Source: Spizellomyces punctatus DAOM BR117
Taxonomy: Eukaryota
Length of the DNA stretch: 64,000 nucleotides
Reading direction: 5' to 3' (one strand)
NCBI GenBank assembly: GCA_000182565.2
Contig: KQ257458.1
Shown here: piece after piece, positions 1-13,700 of the stretch
Layout of the letters: each line of letters opens with the position of its first letter
Position numbering within the stretch: the first letter of the stretch is position 1
Translations under genes and position numbers: made by a program
Notes under the pieces: model-generated
What the model was told of the DNA's origin: nothing
The model's input: only the letters and a program-made list of their open reading frames with translations
The model's database searches: none

Positions 1-728
1 TATGGTAATTTCCCATCAGTCGCATCAACCATAATCTAGAGGATCCCGTCCCCTTTGAACAAAGCGTATAACATTCCAAATAAAAAAAATAAAAATGGAA
101 AAGAACGCAATCGCGCTGGGTCATCCAGAGCTGCCAGAACCGAACCATTAATTCATTTTCGATGAAATTCCAAACATCCAACATATCAATAATTCAGAGT
201 TTGTCGTCCATGTGGAAATGGTTTTAGATAAAGTGGCCATCATGCACCCATGTATAACGATATCTGAACTCGACATATACAAGGAAGGATACGTCCCTCG
301 GTTCTCTCCATTAAATGTCGGAGGGTAATTTCGGAGGGTTACGTGATTCCCACTTGATTAAAAGATGACTAGTCGAGTATTTTACGTTACGAATCCTGTT
401 TTGAGGATATGATGCAAAAGTGCACACCCGAAAGCCTCCAAAAAAAGACTTTCAACCTTTCCGGAGAACCTCGGCCGAACGGTGCAATCATGCCCAGTTC
501 TAAAATTGACTCATCCCCATTCCAACTGTCAAACGTTCCGCCATTGAACGATCGTCCCCGGCGGTCCGGCTGGCGGGATGGTCGAGATTTTTGCAAGGCG
601 TGGAGTGCCGGGGGCAAACGCTTATCTCATCATACAAGCCACACAAGCCTCCATCCGGGGAAATTGAACACTTACTATATAATAGCCATCCCCAGCTACT
701 TTCTCCTCACTTCCGTCAGCACTTTTAC

Positions 729-1345
729 ATGGCTACTGAAACTTATCTCCCCGCCCATCCTGGTATCCGTCCAGCCACTGCCCAAGATATACCAGTCCTT
801 CTGGATATCATTAACGGCGCCTACCGAAACGATGCAGGGTGGACAACAGAATCCCATCTCGTCGAAGGTGCTCGAGCCCTTGCGCCAGATCTCGAAAAAC
901 TTATCCCCCCTCTTCGCGACCCATCTACGGGTACATTCTTGGTTTACCATCCTACTACGTCAACTGACCCCCTTGGTTGCATAAACGCCGAAATATTGCC
1001 TGATAATGAAGGCTATTTTGGAATGTTTGCTGTGAACCAATCTCAGCAGGGACAGGGAATTGGTCGGAAATTGATGGAAGCGTCGTTTGAGGTTATGAGG
1101 ATAAAGGGGTGCAAGAAATGTGTTATTAATGTTTTGACGGACAGGAAGGAGTAAGTACAGTTTGTTCCATCACGTCTTGCATGGTTCTGATTTTTTTTGG
1201 ACATTATGACAGTATTCAAGCTTGGTACGGTCGATGCGGATTCATTATGACTGGCAAGACGGTTCCGTTCCCCTCGGATGCCGGAGCTTCCAAGCTAAAG
1301 CCGGGTGTCCAACCGGTTTTAGTGTACATGGAACGGGAGCTGTAG
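729..1345 (+). CDS. GNAT-family N-acetyltransferase (2 exons)
   Basis: ATG 729; exon 1 has INGAYRNDAGWTTE and the acetyl-CoA motif FAVNQSQQGQGIGRKLM; intron 1151-1212 (gtaagt..gacag); exon 2 reads DIQAWYGRCGF...YMEREL to TAG 1343-1345. Confidence 0.9.
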
Positions 1346-1519
1346 ATTGCAAATATCCAAATATTTCTAAAGAGCACAGTGTATATATAGAATAATAGAG
1401 CGATATGATAATATCAATATTGGAAAACGATAAAGATTCTATTATGACACATTTCGAAATTCTCTCAAGAAGATTCTCTGTCCCAGACCAAACACATGTA
1501 TGAGCCCATTCCGTTCATC

Positions 1520-4500
1520 CTACTGTATAATGCAATCCTTGCTCTCCATGTACTTTTGTATCTTTTTGTAGTCGGTTCGACTCGCCAATAACTCATAAAT
1601 CTCTTCAATCCTCAAGGCACCCTGGTACCGCGGCAGATCGTGAACAAGTTTACGCAATTCCTCTCCACCATCCGCCAAAAACAGATTCCCCACTTCCTTG
1701 AGCACTTCAAAGAGCTTTTTAACGGATGCCACTCGGAGTGTACACGCCCATTCGTAATACCGATTTAGATCATATATAAGTTGCATTGCCCCTGTTTGAC
1801 TGACTTGTAGTCGTTTAATGTTTTTGCAAACGACGCTGTTTTAAAATTGTGTTTGGTGTGAGTCCGACGCAGGAGAGATTATCTAAATTGTATATAGTTT
1901 CTTACTTGAATATTCGCACGCCCACTTCGCCAAAAAAGACCTCCATCGTGTGCTTTTCCGCGACACCATACAGAATCTTTATATGGGAGTTCAGGCATTC
2001 AATGACTCTTTGACAAGCCTGCCCTCGACCGAATGAGTAACCATAATGCGAAAAAGAAAACATTTTGCCTACCTTTGTCGGCTTGAGATCCAACACCACG
2101 TCTTTCTCGGTCGGATTAAAATCCTTTTGCGCTTGCTCCACCAACAATATATAATCAATCTGATTCACCAAAACCTGTATACTCTTATCCATTCCATTCG
2201 CAACCGAATCATCCAAAAGTCTTTCAAAGCTTTTCTTATCCACCACAATATCCGACAAAAAGTCGGACTCGTCTATCCAGGGCTTGACGTCCTCTTGATA
2301 GTAGACTTCAATCATTTGCTGGATCAAATCCGCGATATGAACCATTTCAAAGAATTGGAGAGAGTCGGGGTTGACGGCTTTTTCGTCGGATTGATCCACA
2401 ACTTGGGCACGGCTTAGACGCTCAAGGGCGCTAAGGGACGACAAAATGAGTATGAGTGACCCAGTCAAATGATACCAGTGGAGCATACACTTACGTATCA
2501 AAAGCCGGTCGGATATGTTGTGGTCCAATAACATCCAGCAAAGCACAAAAGATTTTTTCCACATTGGTCCGTCTAATCGCAGAGTTGAGCAATCAGCACG
2601 ACGCTAATGATGCCAACAAGACACCCCAAAAAACTTACAGCTTGCCCATATCCGTAGCGGCGGTAATAACCAAAACCCGACCCAAAGCCTCCTTATTCGT
2701 ATGCATCAAATGCAAACAAAGCTCCAGAGAAATCAACGAGTTCAATGAATCATCATCCAAATGATATGTCACATTGTCGTCTTGTTCTATGGTTAAATGC
2801 GTAACGGGCTCTGCATTGTCTAAAAGTGATTGTCGGTGGGGTTTGACCTTGTTGTGGCCGCCCATTCCTGTAACGAGTTTGCCGAGCGCAACAGGTGCGA
2901 ACATGATGGTTTTCATTGTTTGCATGACTTGTCGTTTATGTGCTTGGGCCTTCTCTTGGTCTGCGATGAAGGCGGCGGCTTTTTTCTTCCGTGGGTCTCC
3001 TTTCTATCGAAAATTGCAACAATAACAATGAGCCAAGGTGCACTCCACGCAGAACTGACGCAAACATGAACTTGTCAACTCACTCTATTGGTCCACTTTT
3101 CCAGCTCCTTGTTAAATTTCAGCTGCATATGCTCCATCTCTTGCCTCATATAATTATTCGTGTATGGCCGGCAAATTGCCATAACAGCTTCCTTCAACTT
3201 TTCCGTTTGCACAGGTACCCCCGCATCGTTGTTTGCAATAAACTCTGCAAATTGCATGCAGCAATGTATACCGGTAGCCAACGTGTGCAAATAAATCCCC
3301 AATCCCTCGCGTTCGTTGGCGGCAGCCAACACTGCGCTCAAGTACTCTGCAACAGAGTCCTCAAACACTTTGTTGACAAATAAAGTCAGCGCGTCGGTTT
3401 CGGGAAGGAAAACTTGTGATATGATGCGAGCCTGTTCGCGGCAGTTATTGAGTGTGTAATCACTAAATTTGGCGAATTCGTCTGCAAGAGTGTAACCAGC
3501 GGCTGCGCCGCCTGTCGAAGGGAGTTTGGATGCAACTAATGACGGGTTGTAGGTGGGATCAAAGAAGACAGGGTTTTTGGAAATGAAGAGTTGGATGCAG
3601 CTCCCACCACCGTTCAGGTGATACGCTGCTAGCGCGTTCCGTTGCATTTCCTTGATATTCTTGCCGTCATACGCTCGTTCAAATTGACCAAGCACCATCG
3701 ACTCGAACCATTCTATCGTAGTCTCCAAGGCAAAATGTATGTCATCGCTTTCAGGTATAAAATGAGCTTCCGAAAAAAGCTTGAGGCGTCGCAATACCAT
3801 CGCAACCTCACTAATATCCTTGAAATCCTTGAATACTTTAGAATCCTTTTGTCGTTTTCGAAAGTCAAGGTAATAGGGGCACAGCTGGGTATAAGTCCGC
3901 CGGAACAAATCCCGCGCCGTTTGTCCTGATCCGCGGGAGTAAGTTGAAGGTTGCCGCCGTAAAGAGCCCACACTGATGGTGTTACTCTGCTTTCCAGCCG
4001 CTTTAAGTCCACCCGCTCCGATGGTGAGTGACGATTTTTTACCAGATGGTAATGTGGACGTGATGGACGGTTGTTGAGGTCGCTCTTCCTCGCCCACTTT
4101 TGAAGATTCTCCTTCGACGCCCGCCTGAACCGGACCATCTTCTTGTACATCCTTGTCATCCTTCGCATCCGCCGCCCCATCATCCTTCGCGTCGGTAGTT
4201 GGTCCCACTTCTGCAGGATCTTCCTTTTTATCCTGCTCGTCAGCCTCATCTTCCACCAACGAACCCCAAAGCGTCCCCGTCTCCAAATACTTTGTACTAC
4301 CCGGTAACATATGTCCGCCAGGCATTTGCCTCAACCGCGTCGACAACAAGTCGACCAATCCAGATGTCTCTGGAGCCGTAGCCCCTTCCCCTATGTGACT
4401 GTTCCCATCTACTTCAGGAGGATATATATCCAGCGCCCGAAGTTTGGGCTCATACACATCGTCATTGTACACGAGTATTTTGAACCGACGAGATACCTGC

Positions 4501-4625
4501 GCGACTTTTGAAAGGTCTGGGATTGGAAGGAAGGTGAATGTTCGGATGATAAGGTCGGGAGGAAGGGAAGCTATCGTTTTCGGAGGTGCTGCGGCCGCTG
4601 GTGGTGGGTCCTTGGAACGTCGCAT
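1520..4625 (-). CDS. RCY1: Recyclin-1: F-box plus Sec10-like domain protein (multi-exon)
   Basis: N-terminal F-box (IASLPPDLIIRTFTFLPIPDLSKVAQVSRRF) in ORF 3075-4625; Sec10-like helical C-terminus across ORFs 2635-2925, 1902-2564 (KKSFERLLDDSVANGMDKSIQVL) and 1520-1786 (LIYDLNRYY). Confidence 0.85.
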
Positions 4626-5056
4626 TGTGAGGTCAGTGGATTCTCCGGCGCGCCGGACGCGATGCAGTCTAGTTTGTCCGTCTTCAGAGAAAATAAAAAC
4701 TAGAATTCTATCCTATGAAGACCTTTGCAGTTTCTCCACCGTTTACTGTACTTGAGATAAAACAGTTTCTTGTGTCAAGAAACAAGGTTAAAAGGCACCG
4801 TAAACCGTAAACCCAGTGCTGGCAAGTGCATGTGGACATGGGGTAAGCATACTAAGCCATTTACCGCGTGAATCCCTCCGTTTGTCGCAAGCCACGTATT
4901 TTGACAATTATAATAGTCCCATCTCTATTCCTTGTCAAGAGCACACTACAAACAACATTACTATACAATGTTAAATACAAGTAAATTCATATTTAGCGCT
5001 TCAACTGAACTAAAAAGTGTTCGTTGAGCATCATCCAATTCAGAAGCGTTCTTCAT

Positions 5057-8000
5057 CTATTTGACAGGACCATATCCCTGATAGCTACCGTGGTAGGTGG
5101 ATCCAGCTTCAGAAGATGAAACTGAGTTCGAGAATTGATGGACAAGCTGCTGTGGCCGAGTGGGCGAATAGCGTCCTTCGGCATAGTACGTCTGACCCGC
5201 CAACAAATCAGCATGACTACTTTCTGTTGGCGATGGGCTCGGAGTGCGTGGATGATACTCGGCCATTTGCTTTCCTTTGGCAACGTTCCGTCGCCAGGCC
5301 CGTTCGTATTCCTCCCAACGTTTTAAACTGACTTTGCTCCCGTCAAATGTGCCTCCTTCGTTTCCGTGGCCATTCTTTTCCGACGCACCGCCTGCACCGG
5401 TCACTTGTCTGGTTGCGCCCCAGGAAAAGTCATCAAAGTGCCAGAAGGCATAGACCGGTAGGACAAAGTTCCAAATAGGCAATGCCAAAATGTAGACACC
5501 CATCCACATTATGTACTGCCAGCGCCGGAATGAGAGGACCACAATGAGCGATGGGAAGAAGATGACAAAGAGAAGTGTGCCAATGTTCAGCCATTGCCCA
5601 GGGTCGGCGTCCTTATTCACGTTCGATACTATTGCATTGATGATTAGGTAGATGGTTGTCAGGATGGAGGCGGGAAGCACGGCGGTAGAGATGAGATCGA
5701 GGAGGACAATAAACTAGAGGGCAAGAAAAGCAATCAATATGGCACCCTGCACGCATTATACTCTTGATTGATGGCTTACCTGCATGGAAAAGCAAAAGGT
5801 ACCACAGAGATTGTTCACCAACACCAACTCCATCAAATTGTGAATGGTCGAATTGATCCATCTACGCCTCTGGCTCAACAAGGTAGCAAAGTCGTCAGGA
5901 ACCACAGTCTTGCAGACCGCACGGGGGATAAACACCATCTTCCGATTTGTGAATGTCCGCAGCATCAAGGTCGTCAAAAATCGGTCTTCACCCAGCAGCA
6001 ACAAATTCTTTTGGTGCAGTGTGTCAACTTCGTTTGTGGAATACGTCTCCACTACATCAGGGTTCGCCAAAATGGGTACCCATTCCCCGTCCTTGCGTGC
6101 TTTGATCCGGTACATGCAGAAACAGCCCGGCAGACATGTGACACCACCAAAGACACTTTCAAAAGCTTTTCCGAGGTGATGAGAAATGTAATACTCAAAG
6201 ACTTGGATCATCGTGACCCACGACTGAGTTTTGTTTGCAATTCGAGTTTCACCGCACAGACCCATGATCAACTGATCGTTGTGCATGGCGTTGATCATGA
6301 GCCGCAGTGAGTCCGGTGCAACTTTGGTATCGGCGTCCACCATGAGCACAATTTCAAAAAAGTCTGGGGTGACGCCCATGAGATGATGGACCTTGCGGAA
6401 CAAGTCAAAGTCCAGGGGGGTCATTCGGTCATTCAAGAGAACGCGCGTGAAAAAGTTCATTAGAATGAGCTGAGAGTCACGCTTTCCACGGTTGCCTGGC
6501 TTGGCTTCGCTCGCTTCTTCCGGTGTCCCACACTTGATCACCAAGATGGTCGGAACGCGGTGACCGGCGTGCGCTAAACGTATATATCAAATGAGAACAA
6601 TATCGAAAAAGGTGCACAAACCAGTGCTAAACTTACAGAAATGACCGACATAAACTCTAGCCATGTTGTGCTGCTTCGAACCAGACGCAACGGCAATATA
6701 CGAATACGGCTTTGGGTTGTCTCCAAAGGTCTGATCGATTTCAATCATATCAAGTAACAAGTCCGGTGTACTCTTTGGATTTCCTTTACCCGTAATCAGA
6801 CCATCAGCGATAATAAATAACAACTTTCTGCTATCGGTATAGTCCGTTGCAGCCATAGACTCCATCGTAGTTCGAAGAGAAGCTTCTCCCTCTGAGTAGC
6901 ATGTCACAAGAAGGACCGTGTAGAGATCCAAGCCAATGTCGTTGGGATTCATAATGTCCATCTTTTTACGATCGCTTATGTAGGTCAGTTCCGTGTCGTT
7001 GGACCTGTTTGCATATCCCACAGCAGCTGCGCTCGCGAATTGATTCGGAGTTCGTGCAAGACGATGTGATATGAACCAGTCAAAGATCACGGCCATGACA
7101 AATCGGGACAGAAGTACGCCAAGAACGATAACAGCAACAATGATCGAAAACAGGTACGAAATAATACATGACGCATCCTGTGCAGCGATCTGTCCAGCGA
7201 CGTACTTGTCAACCAAACAGTCGAATGCCTCCCTATTCATGGCAAATTCGGGAAGGTTGTTCAAAATACGTGTTGCCTCTCGACGATTCCTGATTCTTCG
7301 CAGCACCGCATCAACCGGATTGTTTGGTAGTGGCTGTCGGCCGAACTGGTCAAAGTAGGGTTTCAAATTCAAGACGCTGTCTTTGACAACCACGTAGCCT
7401 CGAGCTTCGATCTCGTCCCAAGTGTAGGCAACAAGAGGATCTACCGATTCTCCGCCATCTAATCGATCAAAGGGCTTCAATCCACTGCCAGCAAGCTGCC
7501 GACAATTACCGGCCTGCTGACATGGACTCTGAACGAACGCAAACGGGTATGTTGTGGCGTTCAGCTGCTGACAAGCTGCGACAGGTGGTTGTTGGAACAG
7601 ATCCGAAAGATCACTGCCACGAGGGTTGGTAAATTCGGGCCCTAGAGCCGGATTTGTCCTATACATAGTCCCAAAAACAATGATCCCTCCTGTAATATGA
7701 TGTGAGTGCGTGACAGTGACATTACTCTGCGTCTTTGGGCGAGCTTACCAGCAGCATCGATAGGGACTGGGGCGCCAGTCCCTGTTGGACACAGCAGAGG
7801 ATTCAATGCTACAATGAAGAACACCACGAATGCACACAGGATGACGATGATCCAGCACAGGGTGACCTTCTCCCTCCAGGCCTGCTGTGGACCTGCCCCT
7901 TTTATGTTGCAGCAGTTAAGGCAAAAGGCAGGAAAACAGCATGTCATCATCTTTGAGAAGATTGTCCATGTATCAAATTCGCTTTTGGCAAAGATATTTG

Positions 8001-8313
8001 CTGAGGCGTCTGGGCCAGCAGGACCTGCTAACATGCGGCGAGTACTCCGCATTGTTTGTGTGCGCAGCAGGGGCGAATTGACATATCGCTCTGGTCTTAC
8101 GAGAGTACCTGCAAAAATGGATACCAGGTCAAAAGAGAGCTCCCCAACGAGAGGTTCTAACGTCTCTGCGGCTGCACGTCTGTCAAACTACTTACCCTTT
8201 CTACCCAACGTCCTCCTTGTCATCGTCCGTCTAGGAAACGGGTACGGGTCGACAGCCCCAGATACATCAAGAGTCACTGTATCCGTTGGTGGTGTAGCTT
8301 CGTAAGAGCTCAT
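5057..8313 (-). CDS. Chitin synthase, division 2 (class IV/Chs3-like), multi-exon
   Basis: Motifs [65 protein letters not shown]; no myosin head; probable ATG at 8313. Confidence 0.93.
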
Positions 8314-9202
8314 TATTCTAACTTTTTTCTTGCTTGTCTATCTATATACAGTATCTGCAAGGTGGGAAACGTCAGTTGCTGTCAGATTTTTCCTGGCACG
8401 CCCATAGAGTTGCGTTTCAAAAGTGAGCATCAACAGTATACGTACTATTTGATAACCTTGTTGTCTATAGTAAAAGATACAGTAATCTCCATAAACACCA
8501 ATGCAAACACAACCTAGATGGGCTCACACTTTCCCTACTGCCATTGCTTTCAAAATATCAAGTTCCCACTTGCAACCGTATGCACAGCCACCGCCTCAAC
8601 GGATGGCAAAGTTGGACATGGCGCAGGAGCCCCTGAAGCAAAAGCGGCCGGCAGAAAGTTGTGGCTATGAAACAGTGTGGGAAAATTTTGTTTCAATTTG
8701 GAACAGAATTTTCTACGCGACTGTGCCACTTGATCTTAACAACGCGGTCGCTATGACATTGCCAAAGGCGTTCAAACCGCCCAGTTGCGCCAGATCTGTT
8801 CTGGCTCCTTAACATTTCATATTGTGGATTTTATCATGGCCCTGCTCGCAGGGGACAAGGCCATACAAGGCAGACGTCTTTCGTCTGTCATTGTCCTCTA
8901 ACCAAGCTACTGTTGTGTGATTTTGCTCCAACCAATGGGTATTTTGGACACGCATGTGCGTCATTAAGATGGATCTTACAAAGGTGGACCGTCCGATGGA
9001 GTGTCAGATTTTTTGGAATCATACTGTCCGTTTGTGAATTTCCAGTCTCTCTGATGTTCATCACGCATTTCGCGATGAGGGGTTTTGTGGCCATGGCAAT
9101 CCAACAGGACTTCCCATGATTCTGGCATCCTTCTGATAGCGGAAGGAAAACCAAAGGAACGATGCGCACTCTCAGCGCAAGCACTAAATCAAGTGTACTG
9201 TG

Positions 9203-10542
9203 TCACTCTATCCTTGCCCTTTTATCAGGTCTTCTTGACCGATCTGGGCCTTGGTGTACGGACGGAGGTGGACGGAAGCGTTCGTTCGGGTATGGTGGTG
9301 GACCACGTGATCCAACAAAGTGGTTGGGAGGCTGCTGGTTTGGTGGATATGAAGGCGGTTGTTGCGGCTGAGCAGATAAAGCGTGTTGCAAAGGTTGTTG
9401 CCGGGGGAGAATTGCCGGACGGAGGGTGGGATGTGGAGGTGGGATGTACTGCAGCAGGCGGGGCTAAGAACGCGCTCCCATTGAACGTAAAAAACGGTCG
9501 ATACTCACCCAAGTCATAGACTTTGTCTCGGGTTCTCGCTGAGTCTAATAATCAATACGATAAGTAAGATATGACCACTATTATGAAGCGCAGAATGTCC
9601 TACCCATGCGCCCGCTCGAGTTCCGTCAGGTTCCCACAAATAATGACTGACATTTGGCTCTGGTTCAAAGGCTTGCAGCATGCTACAAGAAGAGCAGTTG
9701 GCTTCAACTCTTACTGGGCTCCAGTCTCAACATGGCATTTCCCACTCACTCAGCATATCGTTCGAGCTTGCCTGTATTAGGGTAAAGAGCAACTTGCAGG
9801 CTGCCCTTGAAAAATCGGGATTCGCTGCATCGAAGAATCATAACCATTTTTAACTCTCGAAAGTTGCATTTGAATGTCAATCTCGTTCTTCCATACCAGT
9901 TAATCAAGTGTAACATATTCCCTGTGGGTCATATCAGAGGGTTGATATCGGGATAAAGAGCGTACAGCGACTGGCCTGCCCTCTCCCAAACGTTACCTTG
10001 ATGCACTTTGTGACCAATATCTGCATCCAGCAACGAAAGGATGACTGACCCACTATCATCACCGACCCAGAAAAGGAATCTTGGACCTTTTCTTGATTCA
10101 ATTACGTCTAGGGTAAAGCAACGTCCAAACGCGCCAGTTAGACGAGAGCTCTGTGACGTCTGCATACGTGCTAGCTCGAGTATTACAATGGCTTGAGGTG
10201 AATGTTCTCGCTAGAACGTCAACTACAGTGCCACTGGAAAAACTGCGCAGATCTGTCACCGCCAGCTGTACTGTGCGAAACTCTGTCTACCGAAGCGTCC
10301 TGCCTCTACTTGGATCCTTCCAACTTTCACTTCATCTTCCACTCACATTTATCAATTACAACCACATCAAGGTTAACGCCTCTCATTCCTGGGCGCAGAT
10401 CCCTCACTTTAGTTGGCGGTACATCGGTCTGTGGCAACTCAGGAGATGGTTGATAGGTAAAATAAGGTGTGGTGGGTGGAGCAATCGGTAATGGAGGTAT
10501 GGAGGGTAAGTTATTCATAGTTTTGAATGCCGTTATCGGCAT
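9203..10542 (-). CDS. SOSS complex subunit B (SSB1/NABP-like OB-fold ssDNA-binding protein)
   Basis: Hand-spliced: KVRDLRPGMRGVNLDVVVIDK / FWVGDDSGSVILSL / SRFFKGSLQVALYPNTGKLERY / FEPEPNVS, matching the hSSB1 OB-fold pattern; Pro/Gln-rich tail in ORF 9203-9391. Start is either 10542 or the next ATG at 10518. Confidence 0.8.
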
Positions 10543-10770
10543 ACCACAATGAAAACAAGAAAAGGATCATTTATGCACCGAACGCTACGTCTAAGATCAC
10601 AAGTAACTGCCGCACGGATGGAAGTTGACTGACGCAAAACAAGGCGAGGGTAGAACGCTGCGGGATTTATCGAAGGTCGTCACGTGGACGCATCAGTCAG
10701 CAGCTGGCGAGCGTTGCTCCGGTTCTTTGCCCCAAACAATCTGAGAGTGATCTACAGCAGACATTCGACA

Positions 10771-13700
10771 ATGTTCTCTGCCACACGCATGAAAGACGCA
10801 GGCCCACATGATGCTATGAGCATGCAAGAGTTGCGAAGTCGAATGTTTGAATCATTGCGAACTGCTGGCGTCGCTGACAAGCTTAAAGTATATATATTGA
10901 CGCGGGGTTTCCTGTTTAACAAACATGATGCTGAAGAGACTTACCTTCCTTACAGTCCCAACTACGCGCAAAGATTGTTGCCGAGCTCAAGCTACGAGTC
11001 CATGCACATGCTCTTGGGAAAGGTCCAAATAGGGGATCTGGACTCGACGACACTGGCAGCACAAAAGGCCGGCTGTTGCACCAAGTGCTCGATAGCATGC
11101 TTGTAGACTACCTTAAGGCGCGTGGTTTTGATTTTACCTTGTCAGTGTTTCTGCCTGAAAGTGGGTTGAATCAGAAGAATCAGGTAGGAAGGCATTTTTT
11201 GGACTCTGGCTCTAGACCACATGGTGCATCAGCGCAGCTGCTGATGCCTGGAACGATAGATATTGTCGCAGGAAGATATTATGCAGGCACTACATATGGA
11301 TAATCACACAGTATTCTTTCGCGAGCTGGTAAGTAGCTGTTTGTCTATGTTGAGTTGGACCATCGCGCAGTATTTATCTCAGGGTCTTCCACAAGAATGC
11401 GTTGATGAAGTTTCAAGATTCAGGTGTGCAGATTGCAGCTATCAAATAAATCTGGATTTGCTATTTATACGAGCAAAAGTACTTCTCGTTAATCTACTGA
11501 CCAGTTTGATACGAATCGCTGACCTGCCCGTTGCGGACAAGGACGTGCAAACGGATTTGGATATTGAGGATTTTCTAGGTGCGTCGCCATTTTGCAATGT
11601 AATTGAGTGTCGTCAGCTGATGAATTTAGTGAATGCAAAGATTCCAAGTTCCGAGAAACCGACAGAAACGTGGCACAGCGAAAGCAAGATCAGGCAAGAC
11701 TTCACGCATTGGCAGTGGAAGAGCGCATACTTCGGTATCAACAGGAAGTAGAAAGCCGACTAAGAATAGAAATGGAGCAACAGGTACCGCGCGCAGGGCC
11801 CAGTATCCCTTATTTCATAATGTGCACAATGCATCAGCCGCTTATGCCACCTCTTTGCAGCTTACCCAGTTCCGAAGTATCGAGCTTGCTCAAATGAGGG
11901 TCGAAGAAAAGAAGAAATACCAAAGCGATATGTCACGGTTGAAAACCGACTTCGAGCAAAAAACTGTCGAATTGCAGGAAAAGGCTACAACCTTACTGGA
12001 ACAGGAGAGAGTACGCTTAGCCGAGCGAGAGAAGGTGACTACTGCAGTAAACTGCCGATAAAGAACGGGAAAGGTGACCCCAACACTAAAACAACCTCAG
12101 GACTTGGAGAAACATAATATGGATCTACGCCAGAAGTTGTTGGAGGAAAATAATCGGGCGGTAATGAAGGAGGCCACACTACGGACTGAGGCGGAGCTAA
12201 TGGCCAAGGAAGTAAAGTTGGAACGCGACGCTGTACAGCGTCGGTATGACGAGGCCTTAGCGCAGCTTTCCCAATTGCAGAATTTGAAGGAAAAGTATTC
12301 TGAAAAGTTGCAAGAATCTATGGCGCAGTAAGTGGATTAGGTACTTAACAGTATGAAATATTATGATAAATAACTTGTGGTTGGGGTTGAACGATAGGTA
12401 TAAAATCGACACAAACAGAGAGTACAGCAACTTGGTGTCGAGTGTTGAGATTGAGAAGGCGAAATTGGAAGGTATAGTTCGTTTCTTGCATGAATTGCTT
12501 GAACCCCATCCATTACATTCCTCATCAATATGTGCAGCTGAGCGCGCAATGCTCCGTGAAAAAACCAGCGCCGTGGAAAAAATGTCAGCTCAGGTTCAAC
12601 GCGCGCAACAAGATATGGACGACATACAGGACCAACTGAAAGAAGCACGGGCACAAGCTCTCAGGTGGCGACAGGAGAAAGAGGAAGCCGAGCATACTGT
12701 TAAAGATCTGTCGCTTCAGGTATTCCTCGTGTGGTAATGATCGATCTTGTGGTGTGACTGACATGTTGAGCTACCTGCCGGTACAGCTTATGTCACATAA
12801 AACATCATCGGCTTTAGAGTTCGAGATTCAAAGTTTGAAACAGTATGTTTGACGCTGCAAGGGCCAGTATTGTGCATAAGGTTTTCTAACGACATCGTAG
12901 GCAACTGGTAGAAGCTGAAAGAATGGCTGAACGACGACAAGAAGGTTCGCATTATAATTTGTGGACTAGATAATCATCACCTTTTGTTCACCGAATTTGG
13001 ACGCAGACTACCAATCACTCCTCAAAACTCTCATGTTACCAAATGATGACGTACAAAAAGAACTGGCCAAATGTCGTCGATCTGAAGCGAAATGGCAGCG
13101 GGAATGTCAAAACCTTGTGATGCGACTTGACAGCGAAGTGCGTTGTTTGAAGTCACATGTTGTGGATCGCACATGGCCGCTCACACACTTTCTTAGCTCA
13201 ACCGCAATGAGGAACTACAGCGAAAATGCGAAGATAGCGTTCTTCAGGTTAAAGAGCTTAAGCGAGAAAACGCTGATTTGAGACTGGTACTACACCAGAC
13301 TCGAGAAGGTAAAATGTTGCAATTTCTAAAAATGTGACATTTCTCCGCGTACCGAAACGGTTTTTGGCTTCTACAGCTTTGAATCATCAGATAGCTCAAG
13401 ATTCTGTCATTGACTTTAGGAGCAACAATCAGCCCCGCAGGTAGTCGTCCTTCAATCCCCGTCACTGTCGCCATACTATCAAAATTGCTAAGCAACTTAT
13501 ATAGCGACTTTTTGCCAGATCCACNNNNNNNNNNNNNNNNNNNNNNNNNNNNNNNNNNNNNNNNNNNNNNNNNNNNNNNNNNNNNNNNNNNNNNNNNNNN
13601 NNNNNNNNNNNNNNNNNNNNNNNNACCAGCTGGACCTGCACTGTAGCGACTTCCCAAAGCTAGACTCCCAGAAGTCGACACGCTTCACACACCGGAAGTC

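Noticed and set aside
1-260. Possible 5' exons of a minus-strand gene (IMVDATDGKLP after a ctag acceptor)
   Set aside because: Too short at the window edge to support a call.
409-984. 191-aa ORF overlapping the GNAT
   Set aside because: Alternative frame with no motifs; the GNAT frame explains the region.
10110-10346. Unusually long first intron of SOSS-B, possible snoRNA or cassette exon
   Set aside because: No clear C/D or H/ACA boxes; an internal gtatgc donor exists but I could not build a consistent in-frame exon.
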